DNA of 64,000 bases from Octopus sinensis (Eukaryota), in assembly GCF_006345805.1 (NCBI RefSeq), contig NC_042997.1, positions 205,654,001 to 205,718,000 of the forward strand. Reading direction: 5' to 3'. Below the pieces are notes generated by a model. That model searched no databases. It was not told where the DNA came from and saw only the letters and a program-made list of their open reading frames with translations. Positions within the stretch are counted from its first letter, which is position 1. Each line of letters begins with the position of its first letter. The position numbers and the translations under genes are program-made. Of the stretch, positions 37,242 to 48,033 are shown piece after piece.

Positions 37242-37469
37242 CTTTGCTATTTCTCTGTCTTCTTCAGGTAAAACCACAAAGTAAACATCTTTGATCTGGC
37301 TTGAATTTTGATCTGAGTAGTTTTTCACTGCTTCATACATTGTTCTGGGTAGTTTTCCAATGGGGTATTTCATTTCAGCCCCTAATATAGGAAATGCCAG
37401 GCTTTTTGCTCCCATTCTCTCAGCATTTTCCAGACAAATGGTTATTATTTGAGTCAAGTTTGCCAGAAT
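37242..37469 (-). CDS. Macrodomain module 2, exon C
   Basis: AG/GT bounded, 228 nt; ...SLAFPILGAEMKYP...IKDVYFVVLP. Confidence 0.88.
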
Positions 37470-38079
37470 CTAAAAAAAATAATTGTTTAGTAATTGATAA
37501 TGAACATTTTATTAAATTATTTTCTTATTACAGGAAGAAACCATTAAGTTGTCATAAATATATCCTCCTCTCACAACTCCTCTCACTCCTACCACTTCTA
37601 AACACAACTGTCATTCCTATCACTCTTTAGTCCTGCAAGGGACAAGGGAACCTCACTCATGATGCTGCTACAATAAAACAGACCCAAACCACCGTGTAAA
37701 ATGGTTGGTGAATGAAGAGAGTCAATGCAGACCCAAGAGGAGTCTTTAGTGTTGTTGAGGACATGACAACCTCTCTAGTGCTCGTGCCATGACAGAGAAA
37801 AACTCACCAATACAGACAGTAAAACAGAGAAATATGTTTTAATATAGTCTTATTTATCAGTCACATAACTGTTGTTAGGCCATGAGGCTTTTTTCCTTCT
37901 ATTTATATATAAAAGTGTCCTGTTCATCGATATCTTCTGCTTCCTTCCAATGATAACTTGGAAGAACAAATATTAAACAGGATGCTGACATTTGCTTTAT
38001 GATTCTCACACAACATGCATAAGGTTCTCTTCAAACATTAACTCTTTCAATAAATCAATATAATATGATTGATACTTAC

Positions 38080-38307
38080 TGAATCAGAAGAATATACATT
38101 CCAGTAAGGTAATACCAGATGAAATACATTCTTACAGTTGAGGTTATATCCTTTAGTAATGGCTATTGTAGATGTAGAAATACCTCGAGGATATTCCTCG
38201 TCACATTCATTTTGTATCTGTGGACCAGCAGCATTGAGAATAGATTTGGAGATAGCACCAATGTTAAGGTAGAGGTTTTTATTGGTTCTGTTAACGATGA
38301 CATCAAC
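38080..38307 (-). CDS. Macrodomain module 2, exon B
   Basis: AG/GT bounded, 228 nt, open; VDVIVNRTNKNLYLNIGAISKSILNAAGPQIQNEC... Confidence 0.9.
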
Positions 38308-38588
38308 CTACAAAAGTAATTGATGGTAAACAGCTAAGGAACAGTCCATGGAGAGAAGAGAAATACATTGTTGCAGTTGATATTGTTGTTAAGAAAGGCT
38401 CTACAGAATGGCTGTAGTAAGTTTGAGGTTGTTAAAGTTAGCAAAAGATATACTCAGGATATCAGATGTGAAGGAAATAAAATGTTTGAGTTTGATTGAG
38501 AAAATGTTTTAATTAACTGTAATGATTCCTCATTTGAAAATGAAATAACAATTAAACATAAATATGTTAAGTGAATCTATTTACTCAC

Positions 38589-38725
38589 AGATGCATCAGA
38601 AATTGAATCAGTCGATAGTTGTATTTTGATGCCATCATTTTCTCTGGATGTCTCATTAGTTCTGGGTGCCACAGAAGAGATTTCCTTTTGCGAAACATGA
38701 AGAGATGTGTTTGATGATGTGGTGT
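38589..38725 (-). CDS. Macrodomain module 2, exon A
   Basis: AG/GT bounded, 137 nt; ...ENDGIKIQLSTDSISDAS. Confidence 0.85.
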
Positions 38726-39589
38726 CTGAAAAAAATAAACAAATATCAACATATGTACACTTTATACACACACACACACACTCATATGTCATCATCATTT
38801 AACGTCCGTATATGTATTTCATGTTTGGATTTGGTTTGCAAGATTCTTTATGTGAGTTTGTGTGTTGAAGCATATTCTGTTGTGTCTGGGGAGAGTCATT
38901 TTCTTTTGGTGCCTTATAATTTAACACACTCACTGCCAAAAATTTCCACTTATTTCTCATTTTTATTTTCTTAAAATTTTCGTTGCATCTTGCAAACTTT
39001 TCAATAGTCTTGACTCTGTCCGTTATTTACACTGCGTTCCTTTTTGTTTGTTTGTGCGCATGTGTGTGGGTCAGTGTGTGTGTGTGTCTATGCATGCATG
39101 TGTGTGTGTATGCATATGTATATATGTATGTATGTGTGTGCATCTGTATGTATGTAATCTGCATATTCATGTGCTTGCATGTCTGTGTTTGTGTATTTTC
39201 TGTGTATGTGTGTGTGAGTGTGTTTGTGTATGTATGCACCTCTGTCTCCTTGTGTGTGTGTGTGTGTGTGTTTTGCCACTTTGTACCATGTTTGTATGTA
39301 TGGATGTGCATTTCTATATGTGTGGACACGTATCTCCATATGTGTCCTTGTGTGGAGTAAGGCGTGTGTGTACATATGTTCTTGTGTTTCAGTATCCATT
39401 TGTGTATGTGTGCCTGTTTGTTCATATAACCTATTTACCTATCCATCTGTATGTTGATCTGTTTATTTTCATATCCATATGCTTACATACATGTGCATAT
39501 ACACATATGTACCCACACACACACACACACATACATACCTCAATCTACATAACAGCCCACTAACTATTCTACTCTACCTGTGTAAACTG

Positions 39590-40665
39590 TGGGTATGGGC
39601 GTATGGTATCTACCATGTATATTTCCTATTTAGTATTAGGAAAGTTTCATTTATAAGGACGTACTCCCGTATTTGTCTGAGTGTTGGGTCTTTTGATTGC
39701 TTGGATGAGATGCGGATGTCAAGTTGACCCAAGTTGCCTCCATGATGGTCTTTGGGATGTTGGTAGAGTATGGAGGACTGCTTTTTGTTGTCATATTGTC
39801 TCAAATGTTCATTTAGTCTTTCAGCTATGCTCCTAGATGTCTCCCCTATGTACGTCATGTTCATGTCCTTACAGGCACCTTCTAAGCATCATATGCTGTA
39901 AACTACATTTCGAGTTCTACAGTTAATGCCAGCGTTAATCCTACATACCATGCAGTTATCATTGGTGCATATGGTATTCTTAAAGGGGTACGTCCTACAT
40001 AGTTATGATCTGACGGAGTTCCCTGGATTTTCAACAATCTTAATGTCGAGTTTGGTCTCCTTCAGAGCTTCCCTAAATCTACAGGCTAGTTCTCCATGGG
40101 ATTTGGCCTCTACAAACATCACTCCTTCATATTTATCACTTTTCTGCCATGTGTTCACCCCGTTTGCTTTGTCACAAGTGCTTTGTATCCTATTCCATTC
40201 TTTGTTTCTATATCTAGGGCAGCTACCACTGGTATCATTACGTATAATGTTATCAGATTTATTTCTAGCACCCCTGTACACTCGAACTCTATCTTTTTGA
40301 TCATATCCAGAGAACTGCATGCGGTGCATAAAGTTCTGTATGTGTTTTGTCGTTTCATAGGGTTCGCATAGTGGGGACACATTGTTCATTATTCTAATTA
40401 AGTCTGCTATCAGTATGGTTTAATTTCCTTGTTGTGTGAGAAAGGTGAGTTCTTCTGAACGACATAGTTTGAAGTTATGGGTTCCATGTAATAAGAGTGG
40501 AGGAGCTGCACTCTTTTGTTCACAGTCTCTAACCCAAGTTCAGTATCAAGTACAGGGAGTCCATTGTTGGGGTGCTTAGTGGGGTTTAATCTATAGTTAC
40601 CTTGATACTTTGGTGGATGGAGTTAGCTATTTGCTGGAGGCTCTCCATTACGTTCTTCTCAGTTT
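39590..40665 (-). mobile_element. Penelope-like remnant (duplicate of 28570-29640)
   Basis: Near-identical ORFs 39610-39864 and 40003-40389. Confidence 0.8.
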
Positions 40666-40818
40666 CTACATTAAGCGGACATTTCACCGGTGAGTGTGTA
40701 AAATTATAAGGCACAAAAAGAAAATGACCCTCCCCCGAGACACAACAGTATATATATATATATATATATAAGCAACAGTAACTTCAAAAACCAGCCAACC
40801 ATACACTTAACGCTTTAC

Positions 40819-40960
40819 CAGTCTGGGGTGCACATAGGCCAAATTGACTAAATCATTAGTTTTATTTTGATGCCATCATATTTTCTGGATGTCACTTTAG
40901 TTCTGGGTGTCATAGAGGACGATTCCTGTTGAGGACTAAGAAGGTCTGATGGTTTGGTTC
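40819..40960 (-). pseudogene. Exon-A-like paralogous exon with in-frame stop (unit 2)
   Basis: Duplicate of 29799-29940 with the same TAG at 40848-40850. Confidence 0.6.
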
Positions 40961-41921
40961 CTGAAAATTAACAAATATAAACATACATACATACACACAC
41001 ACAAACATACACATTTTCAATCATAAAGTCTGCTCTATTCTTTAGATTGTGCTTTGCATTCTGATATATGTTATATTGATAATTCATATATATATATATA
41101 TCTTAGCTGGGCATAAGAACCATCAGATGTGGTGTACAAGAGAGACAACTGCACACGACATCTGAAGAAGTTCCAATCTCTACCAGTGGGAGGAAGCTGT
41201 AGAAGAGGGAGGCCCAGGAAGACATGGAATGAGGTGCTTAAGCATAATCATCAAATGATGGGCCACATGGAAGCAATGACTAGTGACCGAGACATTTGGC
41301 GATATGTCATACTTGAGAAGACATATGGTCAAGGAATATGGCGACCTGGCAGCTGGAGTCTTAGAGTAGCTGTCCACCGAAGTTCCATATAATATGGGAA
41401 GGAAAAAGGAAAAGGAGGAAAATACAATGTTACTAAAACAAAGACACATTCACATGTAGACAAACAAATGGTTTGATTAGGGTATAATCAATTTGGCGAG
41501 GAAACTAAAGAGAAAATATTACGACGATGACCACCACAGATCTACAATGGAAGAATTCACCACGTGTAGTTGAGGGTAAAAGAAAACGTTGAACGACAGT
41601 AAGTACGTCCAAAATTTATAAAGCAGTGACATACATACATACATAGATACTTGTAGCAGACATGTATATACGTGCAGAGTGAAAAGAAATCACACTATTT
41701 AATGTGACGGACTACACTGCAAAAAATTAAAAAATCACTGATTTCATTTCTGTTTACAAACTTTCTCCGTGTCTACACTAAACATACGCACAAATCCTTT
41801 TATATATACACACGCAATATTTAAGAACAAAAGGAATATACACAAAAAAAGATCGAATTAAAAACAAATATTTTATATTTTACTTTTATCGTATTGTTGT
41901 TTACATTTTCTGTCTCTACGG

Positions 41922-43079
41922 ATGACCAGAAGCAACAGAATCGCCATGGTGGAATCCATAGCGGCGTGCGATAAGACTGGTCGCTGCTCCAAAATAGAAC
42001 ACTGCCCAGAAAATCACACCTGCCACATCTGTACGGAACCCGAAAATACGTTCCGTAATCGCTGGGTCGAATGTGGGACATGCCTCATCTCTGTCTGCCT
42101 CCAATGTGCCACGGACTTTCAGAAGATCCCAGGCCAAAAAAAGAGCCATCATAATGCTATGATGGATAGACTCTGGAAGATGGTTCAGCTTAAATCTTGG
42201 ACTTTTCAGTATCAGGCCTGCGCGCCTCCACAACCGACGATTGTGTCTCCCCCTGCCACTCCCGTGGAGGAGGCGGAACAGCAACAGCAGCAACAACAAA
42301 ATCAACCACAACTAGAGCAGCAGCAGCAGCAGCAACAACAACGACAGCAGCAACAACAAAATCAACCACAACCAGAGCAGCAGCAGCAACAACAGCAGCA
42401 ACAACAAAATCAACCACAACCAGAGCAGCAGCAGCAACAACAACAACACCAATTGACCAGTGCGGTTCTTGCAGAACTGCAACAATCGATCTGTGCTTTA
42501 AGAGGGGAAGTAGCAGGAATAAAAGCAACCATTCAGGTTGGACTCCACAATGAGGGGTCTTATCGGAATGCTCTGCTAAAGAACCTCCCTGTACCTGTAC
42601 CTCTTGTCGCATCTAAGACCGCGGATTCTGCTACCCATGAAGTCATTGCCATTGGGGTGCCTGAAGACATGGCTGATCTTCAGGCATTTGCTGCCAACTC
42701 AGCCAAAGACCTAGGCTGCGTTTCCCCAACGGGTGCTATCCGCCTTGGACGACCTGGCCCAAAACCTAGGCTCATCAAGCTGTCTTTTTCGGACCACACT
42801 GAGGCAACCTCTTACCATCTGGCCTCAGTTAAAGCTGGGCGTGAAAATCGGACCACCTTCCGAACACGCCCAGGCTTACCGTCCGATCTACGTCCGAAGC
42901 TACGTGTAGCGGCTTCCCTGAATAGGAACTCAGCTCTACAGGAAAGCTTCAGTCTTCGGGAAGATGGACAAATCTGGAGATTTGTCAAGACTGATGAAAC
43001 GTGGAAGAGAGATACCAGCTGGTCTGAGTGCTCTCTACCCACAATAACTAAAAAGACTACAGCAACTCAGGGAAACTAA
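41922..43079 (+). CDS. LINE ORF1 (Cys-rich finger, poly-Q repeats, coiled coil, RLG...RLIKLSF motif)
   Basis: 385-aa open ORF with CxxC pairs and RLGRPGPKPRLIKLSF. Confidence 0.85.
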   Translation: MTRSNRIAMVESIAACDKTGRCSKIEHCPENHTCHICTEPENTFRNRWVECGTCLISVCLQCATDFQKIPGQKKSHHNAMMDRLWKMVQLKSWTFQYQACAPPQPTIVSPPATPVEEAEQQQQQQQNQPQLEQQQQQQQQRQQQQQNQPQPEQQQQQQQQQQNQPQPEQQQQQQQHQLTSAVLAELQQSICALRGEVAGIKATIQVGLHNEGSYRNALLKNLPVPVPLVASKTADSATHEVIAIGVPEDMADLQAFAANSAKDLGCVSPTGAIRLGRPGPKPRLIKLSFSDHTEATSYHLASVKAGRENRTTFRTRPGLPSDLRPKLRVAASLNRNSALQESFSLREDGQIWRFVKTDETWKRDTSWSECSLPTITKKTTATQGN

Positions 43080-43135
43080 GCCAGGACAATCTGCCATCCT
43101 CCACACACCATCATAAACTGCGAGCAGGGTACAAA

Positions 43136-45901
43136 TTGTTGTCCTTAAATGCTCGCAGTTTATGCAACAAAATACATTTGTTCAACGCCTACGTCAGAAG
43201 TGTTGACCCTGACTTCATCACTGTCACGGAAACATGGGCGCATTCCTTACTCTGTGATGGGGTTTTCAACATCACGGGGTACAACCTCTTCCGTAAGGAC
43301 CGTACTAACCGCCGTGGTGGTGGTGTGATGGTCTACGTTCGTTCAAATTTTTTGGTAATTCCTTGTGCCGATTTGAACGAATCACAAGAAGAAGTTTTTT
43401 TCTGTGACGTACGTATGACCATGTCAACACTCCTGCTTGGCGTTGTTTATCGTCCCCCAAATTACCATCAGGACACACAGCTTTGCAACATCCTCCGAGC
43501 TGCAGCCAGGAAAACAGCCACTTATGTGTTTATTGCAGGCGATTTCAATCATCCTGAGATCGATTGGGAAACCTTCCGTTGGCCACAGAGTGCAAACGAT
43601 TTTGTTGAGCTTGTGCTGGACTCAAACTGGTCACAAGTAGTCACCTCTCCAACAAGAGGCGACAACACCTTGGACCTGCTCTTCACCACAACTCCTGAAG
43701 CGGTTATCAATTGCACTACGGAGGAACCTCTAGGTGACTCTGATCATGCTATGATCATCGCCAATCTGGCTCTTGCGGGCAACAAACACCTGAACCATCT
43801 CCAATCTGCTTCCTTCGATTGGAAGAGAGCAGATTGGAACCTGTACCACACTGAACTACAGCACCCAAACTGGCGTGAATTCTACAACTCTGGAGATGTG
43901 AATACTATACTCCAGAGTATCCTGGACTCAATATGGGCAGCATGTGCAGCATCAGTGCCACGTAAACAAAAAAAGAAGAACCGCCCCAAAAGGGCAATTT
44001 GGGAAACTTCAGCGGTCCGACTTGCCAGGAAGGAACGTCGGACTGCTGAACAGGAATACAAGTTGCATAAATCAGACACCAACAGGAAGAAGCGGAATAA
44101 ATCCTCCAACCATCTCAAGCAAGTGACAAAAAATGCAGTGCTTGAATTTGAACAGTGCATAGCAGCCAATCCTGACAGCAAGGTTTTCTGGAAATATGTG
44201 CATTCAAAGCAGAGACCTCACTCTCCAGTGGGCCCTCTTCGCAACCCTCACACGAACCAGATCACTGACGACCCCAAGGAATGCGCAGAACTCATTGCCG
44301 AGTGCTATGCAAACATATTCACTGTCGAAAGTCAAAATGTACCATCTTCACCATCACTAACAGCAAACTCCATAACAACTATGGAATTTACACCTGAAAT
44401 GCTGCGACGTCACCTTCAAAATAAGCGCAACTATGCCTCCCCTGGTCTCGATGGAGTTACATACCTGCTTCTCAAACGTGGCAGGCACTTCCTTTTACAC
44501 CAGCTTTCTATTTTCTTCCAGTACTGTCTCAACAATGGTGCTACTCCGGAGCAGTGGAAAACTGCCAGTGTCATTCCTCTGTTCAAAAAGGGTGACCGCA
44601 CATCACCTGTCAACTATCGCCCAGTCAGTCTCACTAGCTGTATTGCAAAACTGATGGAATCGTGTGTCAGAGAAACACTCTGGAACTTCTGGAGCTCTCA
44701 CAGTCTCATCCGACCCTCACAATATGGATTTGTCCCTAACTCCAGCTGCAGTGACCAGCTTGTCGAGTTCCTTGAGGACATTACTCAGATCACTGACAGT
44801 GGCTCATGGGTGGATGTTGTCTACCTTGACTTTGCTAAGGCTTTCAACTCTGTGCCACACAAAAGGCTTATGGTGAAACTCTCTGCAATGGGTGTGGGGG
44901 ATGACCTTTTTAACTGGTTGAAATCCTTCATCCTCAGCCGAAAGGAGGTAGTCACAGTTCTAGGACAGCACTCTACACCATATGAGATGTCATCGGGTGT
45001 ACCACAGGGATCTGTCCTTGGTCCCCTCCTGTTTGTGGCATACATTAATGACATAGATGCCAATTTAAAGAATGCCACAGTATTGAAATATGCAGACGAC
45101 ATCAAGCTGTACCTTGAAATCAAGAGGACTGATCCTGATGTCTACAACTCTTTCCTGCAATCAGACCTAGACACAATGCAGCAATGGATCACAGACTGGC
45201 AACTGAAACTGGCTGTGGACAAGTGTACCACCATGCATTTTGGGAGAAAAAACCCTGCGTCCACATACTCCCTTCACAACACTGATATCAAGAAATCCTC
45301 TTGCGAGCGTGACCTAGGCATCACTGTCAGCAGTGATTTGCGTTGGACAAAGCATATCTCTAAAATTGTCAAGAAGGCCGAGGGTGTCTTGGCATCACTC
45401 AGCAAGACTTTTGTTAGCCGCTCTCCAGCCATCTATTTAAAACTGTATACAGCTATGGTACGACCACACTTGGAATTCGCATCATCAGTTTGGAATCCCT
45501 ATCTTGCTCAGAACATTGACCTCCTGGAATCTGTCCAGAGACGTGCAACCAAACGCATACCCTCCATCAGACACCTACCATATTCTGAGCGCCTTGTTTC
45601 CCTGGGCATGGATTCACTGAAGCTCCGGCGTCTGGCGACGGACTTGGTAAGCACCCACAAAGTTATCAACCACCTCACCAACAACAACACTGAACACCTT
45701 TTTGATCTCCATGTGTCTAACACACGTGGACATGCCTACAAAGTCAGAAAACAGCACAGCTCCCATGACTTTCGGAAACATTTTTTCACGCTCAGGGTTG
45801 CTGAAGCGTGGAATAAACTGCCTGCATCAGTTGTTGACTGCCATGACACTGCATCCTTTAAGGCCCTCATGCTTCCCGAAATCCGTCGAAACTACACCTG
45901 A
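43136..45901 (+). CDS. LINE ORF2 (APE + RT), no AUG at the start
   Basis: LNARSL, VTETW, YRPP, GDFN, SDH, YLDFAKAF, SGVPQGSVLGP, YADD, TRGH, WNKLP; 921 codons uninterrupted. Confidence 0.95.
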   Translation: MLSLNARSLCNKIHLFNAYVRSVDPDFITVTETWAHSLLCDGVFNITGYNLFRKDRTNRRGGGVMVYVRSNFLVIPCADLNESQEEVFFCDVRMTMSTLLLGVVYRPPNYHQDTQLCNILRAAARKTATYVFIAGDFNHPEIDWETFRWPQSANDFVELVLDSNWSQVVTSPTRGDNTLDLLFTTTPEAVINCTTEEPLGDSDHAMIIANLALAGNKHLNHLQSASFDWKRADWNLYHTELQHPNWREFYNSGDVNTILQSILDSIWAACAASVPRKQKKKNRPKRAIWETSAVRLARKERRTAEQEYKLHKSDTNRKKRNKSSNHLKQVTKNAVLEFEQCIAANPDSKVFWKYVHSKQRPHSPVGPLRNPHTNQITDDPKECAELIAECYANIFTVESQNVPSSPSLTANSITTMEFTPEMLRRHLQNKRNYASPGLDGVTYLLLKRGRHFLLHQLSIFFQYCLNNGATPEQWKTASVIPLFKKGDRTSPVNYRPVSLTSCIAKLMESCVRETLWNFWSSHSLIRPSQYGFVPNSSCSDQLVEFLEDITQITDSGSWVDVVYLDFAKAFNSVPHKRLMVKLSAMGVGDDLFNWLKSFILSRKEVVTVLGQHSTPYEMSSGVPQGSVLGPLLFVAYINDIDANLKNATVLKYADDIKLYLEIKRTDPDVYNSFLQSDLDTMQQWITDWQLKLAVDKCTTMHFGRKNPASTYSLHNTDIKKSSCERDLGITVSSDLRWTKHISKIVKKAEGVLASLSKTFVSRSPAIYLKLYTAMVRPHLEFASSVWNPYLAQNIDLLESVQRRATKRIPSIRHLPYSERLVSLGMDSLKLRRLATDLVSTHKVINHLTNNNTEHLFDLHVSNTRGHAYKVRKQHSSHDFRKHFFTLRVAEAWNKLPASVVDCHDTASFKALMLPEIRRNYT

Positions 45902-48033
45902 TTATATATACACTTTAGATGAGTTGTAGTGCACCTGAGCACTGTACACAATTATTATTATTATTATTATTATATCAAGCCAAATGAAATCATAGCTGTG
46001 GTCTTTGTAGGTGTCACCTACATGCCAGCCATGCCAGTCTCACGTAAAAAGTACCATTTGGGGGTTGTGCCTCATAGAGGCCATGTGGTTGATGCTGGCA
46101 TCATGTATCTAGCATCCATGCTGGTGGTAAATAAAAGCAGCCATTACATTGGTGGTTAGGAAAGGTATCCAGCTGTAGAAACCATACCATGTCAGACTGG
46201 AGTCTGGTGTAGCCCCTCACCTTGCCAGCCCCAGTCAAACCGTCCAACCCATGCCAGCATGGACAATGGATGCTAAATGATGATGATCATGATGTACATA
46301 CGTATAGGCATGCCATCATCAGCATTATCCCCATCTACATTTCATGTCCATGCTGGCACAAGTTGAACAAAATGATATATAAAGACACATTTGTCACAGC
46401 AAAAGTCATGTCCAAAAACTGTGATATATATTCCTGCCCATGCTGGGCCTTACGCCCACATTTGCCCCTGTGAAGCATCCCCTTCACCACATCTCATCTT
46501 CCTAACACCCATCCCTCTATTATACTCTTCTAACTATGGTCCTACTTTACTGCTGTAACCATTTGAGAGCATTCATCACCACCCAAACCCTTTCATTAAT
46601 ACCAGTTGCATCTCTTTCATCATCATCTCCATCCATACAACCTTCCATCGATCATCCCTTTCTGTCCCTTCCCTAATCTTTCCCACCCACCCCTCTTAGC
46701 TACACCTTACTCTGCCAGGTTTCCTGTTGAACACTTCTCCTATCTGCAATCATTCTCAACACCCTCTCACAGCCATTGCTAATAATCCCTCCAATTTTCT
46801 GGCCCCACTCACTATAGCCACCCCCATGTATCTCTGACTCCCATCTCTTTCACACTTCATCATCTTTGCTTTCCCTCTGCTGTCAGATCCTGGTCTTCAT
46901 CTCTCTTCCTCCTCATCTATCAACAGATTGATGATTCTGCTGCTCTCCACCCTTCCTCTGAGGCTTCTTGTCACCTCCTCCTTTCCGAGCCCCGTCAGTC
47001 TCTCGACTCCACCTCAAACCATTGTTCCTCACTCTCTACAACCACCTCAAGCCCCATCTCTAACCTCTGCACTTTTCATCTCACACTCTGATGCCATTAC
47101 CCTCCCATTCCTTCTTTACTCATCCACAGTCTCCCTTATACTCCCCTTCTTGTAACTTGGGACTATGCTCTGGCACTCTATTACCACCATCTTTCTTCCT
47201 TCCAGATACTGTCATGCACCTTTGCATAAATATAAGGACGCCACGAGTCTCTCTAGATCTATGTGCTTAAGCCTCTGGCAAACTTTAGACTTTCTAGCCC
47301 TGGCCTCAAGCCACCTCCCCACTCCCCAGTTCCATCAGGGGCTTGCAAGATACTTGGTAACCTCACCAGTGCTGGTGCCATGAGAAAAGCAGGTTCCAGT
47401 CCACACTCTAAAATGGTTGGCATTATGTTGAGTATTCTAACTCTGAATATTCTTCGACCAAAGTAGATGGGGATGACAATGTGTTTGTCCCTTGCTAGGA
47501 TGGCCGTCCAGTTATTTTTGGTCTCCTCCTCTGAGACAGACCGCACTTTGACAGTCCCATATTTCTTTCTTTAACCTGGCTACGTAGGCTTTGCTTTTCT
47601 AAACTGCTTCTAGGTATTTCTCTATTTGCTGCTGTGTTGCCTGCTCCACTTCCCTACTTTTGACTTCAGTTGTTTTATATAGAACTGTCCACAAATTAAT
47701 TTTTTGCGGGGCCAGTTCTATGAATGTTTAATACCATTTTTCTGCTACATTTTGCACTCTTGAATTCATTTCCATCGATAAAAAATGTCTTCACTTAATT
47801 CTGTGGTTACTCTTGCAAAGTTGAAATTGTTACGACTAGATTTGCATGTCTCATTCTTCCTCATTTTCTCTCTCTCTCTCTCCTCTTGTTTTTCCTCTGC
47901 CTAGGTAACCAAATACCTCCTTCACACCAGCACACCAATTTATGGCCTCTTTTGCGTACCTCTTTCTCTGTCCCTCGGTAACCATGTCTCTCCTCTATAG
48001 CAAGACATTTCTCTCTGCTTATTTATTTCTCCG

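Larger units (their letters stand above)
41327..45971 (+). mobile_element. Full-length intact CR1-group LINE
   Basis: Absent from the paralogous site at 30301-30305; ~600-bp 5' UTR, two open ORFs, (ATT)n tail, possible ATAT TSD. Confidence 0.95.
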
